Below, piece after piece: positions 56,704-64,000 of a DNA stretch of 64,000 nt (position 1 is the stretch's first letter; the number at the start of each line of letters is the position of its first letter). The DNA is from a bacterium. Its GTDB lineage: Bacteria; Electryoneota; Electryoneia; Electryoneales; Electryoneaceae. A model generated the notes under the pieces. That model was not told the DNA's origin. It did not search any database and saw only the letters and a list, made by a program, of their open reading frames with translations. A program made the position numbers and the translations under genes. Location of the stretch: the NCBI GenBank assembly GCA_963675295.2, contig CAXXKJ010000002.1, positions 1,216,001 to 1,280,000 on the forward strand. Reading direction: 5' to 3'.

Positions 56704-58515
56704 TTACCTCACAAGCATCACCTTGCGCACGGCGTTCAGCTCACCTGGCACCGTGGCGCGGACGAAATACAGACCGCTGGCGAGGGTGGACGCATCAAAC
56801 GTCAGACGGTGTTCGCCGGCGTTATACGTACTGTTCGCCACTGTCGCCACCTGCTGGCCGGTGATGTTGTAAACGGTCACCTTCAGCTCGGCCATTTCCG
56901 GCAGCGTCACGTGGATTGTCGTCGCGGCGTTGAACGGGTTCGGATACACAGCTGTCAAGGCGTACTCGCCCGGGAGGGCCGCATCCGCGATAATCGGCTC
57001 AGGCTGGTCGCCGAGCAGCGTGCCGCTAAGCTCTGCCGGTCCATCGGTTGCGCCGGTTTTGGTAAACGTCATGATTGAACGTCCGCGCGGCACATCTCCG
57101 GATCGCAGGGTCAGCTCCAGCGCGTATTCACCTGCGGGAGCTCCACCTGGAACTTGCACCGAACACGACTGGAGGCGTACCGGCTCCCCGGGTTGAAACG
57201 TCCTGGTAACCTGGTCGATCAGCATGGGATCGCCGTCAGGCATTATGGCATCGAGCCTGATCGTGTAATTCATGGGCGTAGCGAGACCATTTCGCACCAG
57301 CACATTAAAACTGACCTGTCCGCCCTGCGGGGTGAAATCATAGCGGTCTTTCAGATGTGCCAACAGCTCAAGTTGTGGGACGCCAATTCCCGGTTCCAGC
57401 TTGATCAGCCACGGTTCGTTCTCCGGCGTCATGCCGAGGCAGATGAAGCCGCCGTCAATCGTGCGCTTAATGCTGGTTAACACCCCGTCTCCGGGAAACA
57501 GTTCCCAGCTCTGGTTGCTGGTTGTGGTGAATTCGGTGATATAGGCGTGCTGGGTTGGAGAATCGACCGGAGTGTTTTCACCGACGACAAACGCTGAGTA
57601 TTCATCGCCATAATAGGACTCAATAGCAACGTCATGTCCTCGGCGAATATGGTCATCCTGCCAGTTGCCGACGGTCTGCGCCCACAGGATATCGCCTTCC
57701 TGTGTCGTCCGCATGACATACAGTCCATAGTCGGTCGGATCGTTGAATCCACCTTCGATGTAGGTATCCCCGACCGTAATCAACGTGCCGTCTTGCAGCT
57801 GCTCGGTGGCATAGCTGCGATAATCTGCAGCGGTGACGTGCGCATCATAATCCAGCTGCGTGCCGTCCTCGAGGAACCAGACGTAATAAACCGCCCAGTT
57901 CATGTCGTTTGTGTACCAACCGGCGGTGAGATACGATCCATCGTTCAATTGTTCGATGTCTTCCGCGTGCGCGACGTGCCCGCCAGGCTCGTAGGCATAC
58001 TCAATCGTCTCCGGATTCAAACCGAATCGATCCAGCCGGTTCAGGAACATTGATCCCATGGAATGCAGCAGGAAGTTGCCCCTGGCTGTTTGGTGCAGGT
58101 CACGCGGATAAACTGCACCCGCGAAATTGAAGTTTGGCCGGACCCAGATTGGGTTCGGATTTCCCGGCTGGAACTTGACGTCGAACGCGTCGTGCCCGCC
58201 GGTGAAGGTTCCGGCGACGAAGTAGTTGCCGTCAAAAGTCGGCGTGCAGATGGCGTTGGCGATGTCATTGCCCCAACTGATCGTTTCGATCTCGTTGCCG
58301 TCCATGTCAAAGCGATGGAGACGCAGCTGGCTACCGTCCGCGCTGGAGGTCGCGTAAGCGAGCAGGATGTCGCCATTGTGACAGATTTCCACCGACAACG
58401 GAGTCTGGTAAGGATCTGCTGGCACGGGAATAATCGTTTCCCACTCAATGTCGGGCTGGGCGTTGACGGTGATGGCGAGGAAAAGTGCTGCGATACAGAC
58501 GAGAATAGTCTTCAT
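56704..58515 (-). CDS. Secreted beta-propeller-like protein with Ig-like domain and T9SS-like CTD
   Basis: Signal peptide; DG.Y..AG blades; YPNPFN...SGLYFVR...KVMLVR. Confidence 0.85.
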   Translation of the reverse strand: MKTILVCIAALFLAITVNAQPDIEWETIIPVPADPYQTPLSVEICHNGDILLAYATSSADGSQLRLHRFDMDGNEIETISWGNDIANAICTPTFDGNYFVAGTFTGGHDAFDVKFQPGNPNPIWVRPNFNFAGAVYPRDLHQTARGNFLLHSMGSMFLNRLDRFGLNPETIEYAYEPGGHVAHAEDIEQLNDGSYLTAGWYTNDMNWAVYYVWFLEDGTQLDYDAHVTAADYRSYATEQLQDGTLITVGDTYIEGGFNDPTDYGLYVMRTTQEGDILWAQTVGNWQDDHIRRGHDVAIESYYGDEYSAFVVGENTPVDSPTQHAYITEFTTTSNQSWELFPGDGVLTSIKRTIDGGFICLGMTPENEPWLIKLEPGIGVPQLELLAHLKDRYDFTPQGGQVSFNVLVRNGLATPMNYTIRLDAIMPDGDPMLIDQVTRTFQPGEPVRLQSCSVQVPGGAPAGEYALELTLRSGDVPRGRSIMTFTKTGATDGPAELSGTLLGDQPEPIIADAALPGEYALTAVYPNPFNAATTIHVTLPEMAELKVTVYNITGQQVATVANSTYNAGEHRLTFDASTLASGLYFVRATVPGELNAVRKVMLVR

Positions 58516-58651
58516 GGTACGCTCCGGTTATTCGGTAAAGTTTTTATCCACTGGAAAATAGGTCGTTTCAGATCTCCGGACAATTGGATTTGGGGTTTTG
58601 TTTCATTTCATGCAAGCTCCCGGAGATCGCTTCGAACCGCGTGCAATCACT

Positions 58652-58686
58652 CAAAACAGCCCGGTGTCAATCTGACACCGGGCTGT
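58652..58686 (-). terminator. Intrinsic terminator
   Basis: Minus strand ACAGCCCGGTGTCA-GAT-TGACACCGGGCTGT-TTT. Confidence 0.7.
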
Positions 58687-58740
58687 GGATCGACTACGTA
58701 TCGGACCAGTAACCGATTACCGACGACCGATTTTTCCCGC

Positions 58741-61200
58741 TTACCGCACGAGCATCACCTTCTGCACGGCGTTCAGTTCGCACGGCACCTCGGCGCGGAC
58801 GAAATACAGCCCGCTGGCGAGAGTGGACGCATCAAACGTTAGCCGGTGTTCGCCGGCGTTGAACGTACTGTTCGCAACCGTCGCCACCTGCTGGCCGGTG
58901 ATGTTGAAGACGGACACATTTAGCTCAGCCGTTTCCGGCAGAGTGATGTGAATCGTCGTCGCGGCGTTGAACGGGTTCGGGTAGACACCCACCAGCTCAT
59001 ACGCGGACGGCAGATCAACACCCTCGGTTTCAGCAGCCATGAGGTCCGGCCATGGCGTGCTGGATTTCCAGTCCACCGGATCGAACTCGTAGTCTTCCCC
59101 GCCAACGCCGGTCGCGAGCTTGTTGAACGGGAACGAGTCGTGAATGATGCTGTTCGGGTAGTAACCGAGGTGGCCGTAGAAGGTGTAGTTCCCGGCCGGA
59201 GCCATCGCGGGTACTGACAGCGACATCTGCGGAACAGTGATGTTCGCCATCGCCGGAATGTTGACCGAGATCTGCGACACCGGGCCGTAATCCGAACCGT
59301 TCGGCAGCGTAACCATGGTCCAGTAGTTCACGTTCTGGAACGACTGGTTGACGTAGGTTTCGAGGTGTGCGCTGTAGGTGACGTTGCCACCATTGGCGCC
59401 GACCGTGGTGTTGATGCCGGTCAGCTCGAGGTCGGCGTACGGGTTGCCGCCACCGTCCGGGTTCCAGAAGCCGTTCCATTCCCAATCGTCCGCGGACTGG
59501 AAGAAGCCGCTGCTGTCCACGTGCATCGGGTAGTTGACCAGCCACTCGGCGTTGGATTCGAACAGATCGATCAGTTCCTGCTTGCCGATACGGTGGTAGA
59601 TGACTTCGTTGTCGGTCGCATCACCGATTGGGTCTGTACCGCCCGGGCAGGCAACGCCGGGGTCGAAATCGTTGGTGTAGGTCAGGTGCAGGAAATCGCC
59701 GCCCTCGTCCGGTGCGAGGCTCATCTCCCGTTCGCTCTGGGTCGCATAGGGCAACAGGTTGGTTCCCATGTTACGGGTGTTGGTAATGTTCACGCCCTTG
59801 GTCCAGTGCTTTCCGTTGTTCGGTGAGGCGGAGATGTAAATGTCGGACGCAGCATAGCCTTCATCCGAACAGTCATAGCCATACTGGCCGTTGTTGTCGC
59901 CTTCCTCGCCGTACTGCACCCAGGCGACCCAGAGCAGATCGTTTTCCATGTCCCACGTGATCGACGGGTTGCAGACAATCCGTTCCCACACCGCCGGGTA
60001 GGCGAAGTTGAAGAAGTTGCCGTCCGCGACCAATGTCACGTACTGGTCCACACTGTTCCAGTAATAGATCCGCGAGGTGTACGTGATCGTGCCTTCGTAG
60101 AAGAAGTAACCGGCGACGGTGAAGACAACGTGCAGCGTGTTGTCGGCGTCATACACCATGTCGGTTTCGCAGTAGGCACGCATCGTGTCCTGGTTGGCGG
60201 TGGTAGTATCCGGCAAAGCGTTCGGATCCGGCGGGAGGAAATCGGTCACATTAAACGCGTTGTTCACACCCCAGTTCCAGTTGTCGCCTCCGTCGGTGCT
60301 TTCCCAGATGTAGACGTCATTGTTGAACTGTGTTGACTGGTCGCCTTCACCGAGAGTGTTGAAGCGGCCGATGGTCTGCGCGATGGCGACATGTTCACCG
60401 TTCGGCGAAACCGCGACGCTTCCCGACAGGTTCATCGCGATGTCGGTGATCAGCGCCTGGTCGGAACCGCCCGGGGTGGTGGTAGTGAAGATTGCGCCGG
60501 TATCTTCGTACGTCGCCCGGTGGTAGTAGAGGCCGTCTTCCAGCAGGTTGTCCGGGTCGTACTCGTTGAGGATCGTGTGCAGTTGATAATCCGAGTTGTA
60601 CATCCCGCCCGCGCCATGTGGCCACATGGTGACGACGGCAACTTCCGGGATCGCATACTGGTTGAACAGGTTTGGCACGAACGGATTCGGTGCCGCGTGA
60701 TATGAAGTGTAGTCGTCATTGCCGTGATAGGTCATCAGGACATCTTCATTCGTCGCGCTCATCTCGACGACGGTGTACGCGCTCCACCAGGACGTGGAAA
60801 CCTGGGTTGGATTCGTTGACCAGGTCATCGTGCCGTCGTAGGCCATGTAGCCTTCGCGGGTGTAGACATACGAGGTCGCGGTCGGTGTTGCCCGGTAGGT
60901 ATAGGCAAACTGGACGAGCTGCGAACCGCCATTCTCCGGATCGTCAACTGCGATCATGCGACCCACCGCAGAGTTGTGCTGCATGTCGCGCCAGGTCATC
61001 CCGACCACGAGCGTATCGCCGACGATTTCCTCCAGCTGGTTGGTTGGACGCTGCCCGTAGACGGCGGCACCGTTGAGTCCGTCATCCGTGGCGATCTTCT
61101 GGTACAGTGTGTTGGCCGGCAGTTCAGGTGATGGTGTTGCGAATGCGACTCCAGCGAGCAGTAACAACAGTGCAGAAAGTAGAATGGATGTGGCTTTCAT
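58741..61200 (-). CDS. Secreted protein (BNR/Asp-box-like propeller) with Ig-like domain and T9SS-like CTD
   Basis: Signal peptide; Asp-boxes STDGGDNW and SPNNGKHW; YPNPFN...KVMLVR. Confidence 0.85.
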   Translation of the reverse strand: MKATSILLSALLLLLAGVAFATPSPELPANTLYQKIATDDGLNGAAVYGQRPTNQLEEIVGDTLVVGMTWRDMQHNSAVGRMIAVDDPENGGSQLVQFAYTYRATPTATSYVYTREGYMAYDGTMTWSTNPTQVSTSWWSAYTVVEMSATNEDVLMTYHGNDDYTSYHAAPNPFVPNLFNQYAIPEVAVVTMWPHGAGGMYNSDYQLHTILNEYDPDNLLEDGLYYHRATYEDTGAIFTTTTPGGSDQALITDIAMNLSGSVAVSPNGEHVAIAQTIGRFNTLGEGDQSTQFNNDVYIWESTDGGDNWNWGVNNAFNVTDFLPPDPNALPDTTTANQDTMRAYCETDMVYDADNTLHVVFTVAGYFFYEGTITYTSRIYYWNSVDQYVTLVADGNFFNFAYPAVWERIVCNPSITWDMENDLLWVAWVQYGEEGDNNGQYGYDCSDEGYAASDIYISASPNNGKHWTKGVNITNTRNMGTNLLPYATQSEREMSLAPDEGGDFLHLTYTNDFDPGVACPGGTDPIGDATDNEVIYHRIGKQELIDLFESNAEWLVNYPMHVDSSGFFQSADDWEWNGFWNPDGGGNPYADLELTGINTTVGANGGNVTYSAHLETYVNQSFQNVNYWTMVTLPNGSDYGPVSQISVNIPAMANITVPQMSLSVPAMAPAGNYTFYGHLGYYPNSIIHDSFPFNKLATGVGGEDYEFDPVDWKSSTPWPDLMAAETEGVDLPSAYELVGVYPNPFNAATTIHITLPETAELNVSVFNITGQQVATVANSTFNAGEHRLTFDASTLASGLYFVRAEVPCELNAVQKVMLVR

Positions 61201-61436
61201 CAGAACCCCCTCTTTGTAGAAAAGTGATTGGTTACCGACAAGACACTCAATTGTGTCTGCGCAATGCTATCATTTAACATAACACAGTAGAGCGTGAATA
61301 CCATGAATATTCCGACATTTTTGTCAGTATTTCATCTTGTACGACGAAGATTTTCCTCTCCTAACTTGGAAGTCGTTCGCATTTGTACATCTGCGGTTAC
61401 TCGGCGAGATACAGATTCAGCGAGGCAGGTGAGCGC

Positions 61437-61467
61437 AAAACGAGTCCTCCCGGAAGGAGGAACCCGG
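61437..61467 (-). terminator. Probable terminator after the FG-GAP gene
   Basis: Minus strand CGGGTTCCTCC-TTCC-GGGAGGACTCG-TTTT. Confidence 0.55.
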
Positions 61468-61541
61468 CATTGTCGTTGAATCGGCAGGTGGGGTTCTAAT
61501 GTTGAGGCAGTCGGAATCAGATTCCAATGTCGGCAGCGGTG

Positions 61542-63011
61542 CTAGTGCTTTCCTGAGGTGTTTCCCGCGACAACCTCAAACGGGAAGTCATCCTCACCCA
61601 GCACGACAGTCGAATTGAACCCCGCTTTCATGCGGAAAGTGTAGTGTCCGACGGGTGCGAATCCGGGTACCGCCTGCACAATGGCCGGCACCGTGATCGC
61701 GGTGTTGGGCGTGAACGGCAGCGGCGGAGTCTGAACGATGGGACTGAACACGGTGCCATTCGGAAGCACGGCTTCTGTCCAGATAATTACACCGGCCGGT
61801 TCCGGCAAATGGCTGACCAGCGTGGCTGAATAGGTGAAGCTGCTGGACGGTGTGACGATGACCGGGTCGGTCGCGGGTAGCAGCGTGATGGTAATATCGT
61901 CCGAGGAAACGACCTGAAACCAGATTGCAATGGTGTTGGACGCATTGGAAGCGCCGACCACATCCAATCTGCCGTCGCTGTTAAAATCAGCTGGAAAGAT
62001 CCCGTTGAACTCATCCAGCGAGTCATCGATAATCCAGCTCTCCCAGGTCAGACCATCGCCCGACGCATTTTCCCACCACGTGAATCCGCGTCCCCACTGG
62101 CTGCCAAGGATGTCAAGATCGTTGTCGCCATCCAAGTCAATGATGGACAGCTCATACGCAAACCATGTCTCAGCGACAACATGTGGGACCATGTTCAAGC
62201 CGGATCCGTATACGTTTGCATACCAGGTCAGATCTTCATTTTCGCCAGAACTGATTAGATCTATCGTTCCGTTTGCATCAATATCGCCGGATCGGACTTG
62301 GATAATATCATACATGACGCCAGAGGCAGTGTGCTGTTGCCAATAGGTTTCGTTGATATTCTCCCACCAGAACACATAGGTGTGACCGGCATCGCTTCCC
62401 GCAACATCGACATCACCATCGCTATCGATGTCAGCAGCATCCACGGTATTGATATGCCAATGCAGACCATTTATCAGATGAGTTGTCCAGACTGAACCAT
62501 CTCCATTCTCATTCTCCCACCAGCAAACTTCCCATCCACCAGCGCCGAGAACATCCATGTCGCCGTCACTGTCAATGTCGGAAACGGCGATTTCCCGGAC
62601 ATTGTAGAAATTGTCAACAAGGTGGGGTATCCACGTTGAACCACCATCGGCGACTTCCCACCAGACAATCGTCTCGGTGTCGAGCTTCCAGGTCAGCAGA
62701 TCAGGATCACCGTCGGAATCCATATCGGCGGGAAGCAGATCGGAAGAGGTGACGAAGCTTTCAAGGGTTGCGCGCAAGGTCCAGGATTGGCCTTGACCAT
62801 CTGTGTTTTCCCAATACCTCAGGCCGGCGGTGGTTGATCCACCGACGATGTCGGCATCGCCGTCGCCATCAAAATCGGCGGCGCAGACCCCTGTCGCATC
62901 CGGAAAATTCCCGGTGAGCAGTACTTGTGACCATTGGATCTGTGCGTAGGTGACGCTTGCGTGGCAACAAACGGCAACGACAAACAGGGTCATCATCCTC
63001 GTCGATTTCAT
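61542..63011 (-). CDS. Secreted FG-GAP/VCBS repeat protein with terminal Ig-like domain
   Basis: Seven D.D.DGD.D repeats with WWEN motifs; GGAGG before ATG 63011; no PNPFN domain. Confidence 0.88.
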   Translation of the reverse strand: MKSTRMMTLFVVAVCCHASVTYAQIQWSQVLLTGNFPDATGVCAADFDGDGDADIVGGSTTAGLRYWENTDGQGQSWTLRATLESFVTSSDLLPADMDSDGDPDLLTWKLDTETIVWWEVADGGSTWIPHLVDNFYNVREIAVSDIDSDGDMDVLGAGGWEVCWWENENGDGSVWTTHLINGLHWHINTVDAADIDSDGDVDVAGSDAGHTYVFWWENINETYWQQHTASGVMYDIIQVRSGDIDANGTIDLISSGENEDLTWYANVYGSGLNMVPHVVAETWFAYELSIIDLDGDNDLDILGSQWGRGFTWWENASGDGLTWESWIIDDSLDEFNGIFPADFNSDGRLDVVGASNASNTIAIWFQVVSSDDITITLLPATDPVIVTPSSSFTYSATLVSHLPEPAGVIIWTEAVLPNGTVFSPIVQTPPLPFTPNTAITVPAIVQAVPGFAPVGHYTFRMKAGFNSTVVLGEDDFPFEVVAGNTSGKH

Positions 63012-63170
63012 TGTAGCCTCCATTCTCAGGATCATCCCATCAGGGACACACCATTGGATCCAAACTAAGGGTACGATGAAAAACACGAAAAAAGTACTCA
63101 CAACGAATAAAAAGTCCCGACGATTTCGCCGGGACTTGAGTTTGCTGAGACTCGCTGTATAAACCAGAGC

Positions 63171-64000
63171 CTACCCATTCCATTTGACCATGAACTCGCC
63201 GATCTGGTCGTAGGCTTTCGCCAGCACATCTTCCGGCGGCAGGAACACGATCCGGAAGTGGCTGGTGCCGGGTACTTGCCCAAAGCCCATGCCGGGCACG
63301 ATCACGACACCGGTTTCGCGGATCAGTGCTTTCGTCCACTCCTCGTCATTCCCCTCGATCTCGAGCTTCGGGTAGGCGTAGAACGCGCCGCCTGGTTTGA
63401 CGCAGGAGATGCCCGGGATCTCGTTCATGCGCTGGTACGTCAGATCACGGCGGCGGTGCAGCTTTTCCATCACGCCGGGCAGGTGGCTCTGGTCGCCGTC
63501 GAGGGCGGCGGGGATGGCGTACTGCAACGGGTGGTTCGCACACAACCGCGCGCGCAGCAGCTTATTGACCGCTTCCACAAACGGTCGCAAAACGTCTTCC
63601 GGGCCGCTGACAATGCCCCACCCGATCCGCCAGCCGGGGCTGATGTAGTTTTTCGCGAGACCGTTGAACGTGACCATCGGCGCGTCCGGATCGAGCGACG
63701 CGATGCTGACGTGCTCGTTGCCATCGAACAGCAGCCGGTCGTAGATCTCGTCCGCGAGGATGATGATGTTGCGTTCCTTCGCGATCTCGATCAACCCTTG
63801 CAGCGTTTCACGCGAACAGTTCGACCCGGTCGGGTTGTTCGGATTGATGATCACGATCGCCTTGGTGCGGTCGTTGATCTTCTCTTTGATGTCCTCAAGG
63901 TGCGGCTGCCAGCCATTTTCCTCGTCGAGGAAGTACGGGTTCTCCTCCGCTTCCAGCTTCGCCATCACGGCGGTGTAGAGCGGATAGCCAGGGGACGGCA
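63171..64000 (-). CDS. PLP-dependent class I/II aminotransferase (AlaA-like), 5' end outside the window
   Basis: INPNNPTG, ADEIY, GLAKNY..PGWRIGW, PGGAFY. Confidence 0.9.
   Translation of the reverse strand, partial: PSPGYPLYTAVMAKLEAEENPYFLDEENGWQPHLEDIKEKINDRTKAIVIINPNNPTGSNCSRETLQGLIEIAKERNIIILADEIYDRLLFDGNEHVSIASLDPDAPMVTFNGLAKNYISPGWRIGWGIVSGPEDVLRPFVEAVNKLLRARLCANHPLQYAIPAALDGDQSHLPGVMEKLHRRRDLTYQRMNEIPGISCVKPGGAFYAYPKLEIEGNDEEWTKALIRETGVVIVPGMGFGQVPGTSHFRIVFLPPEDVLAKAYDQIGEFMVKWNG

Noticed and set aside
56704-58985. Diversity-generating retroelement TR/VR pair
   Set aside because: Both repeats are coding CTDs, differences are not adenine-specific, and no reverse transcriptase is present.

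Overview
GC-rich bacterial chromosomal window, probably from an FCB-superphylum lineage outside classical Bacteroidota (inferred from six proteins with PNPFN-type T9SS-like C-terminal sorting domains). It holds about 45 CDS. Housekeeping genes include nadK, dcd, class II nrdJ, rmuC, hutI, glgA, acyP, asnS, gpsA, plsY, pepF, lepB, dut and a partial class I/II aminotransferase. There are also signalling genes (DICT-like/GAF/GGDEF protein, PAS-GAF-PAS hybrid kinase) and many secreted or surface proteins. No rRNA, tRNA, CRISPR array, transposase or phage genes were recognised. Highlights: (1) a gene the ORF track splits in two reads as a signal-peptide-bearing thioredoxin-fold selenoprotein (in-frame UGA in a UxxC motif, SECIS-like hairpin) fused to a T9SS-like sorting domain (46726-47517); (2) a candidate sigma54-driven, highly structured ~190-nt sRNA with C-rich anti-Shine-Dalgarno loops (37490-37684, minus strand); (3) a modular secretome sharing an unnamed Ig-like domain and near-identical CTD cassettes, next to three paralogous beta-barrel proteins; (4) a sixfold DUF4397 lipoprotein; (5) several families of non-coding palindromic and heptameric repeats, other structured RNA candidates, NrdR boxes and a triple operator. 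All calls come from reading the sequence and motifs by eye; no database searches were run.
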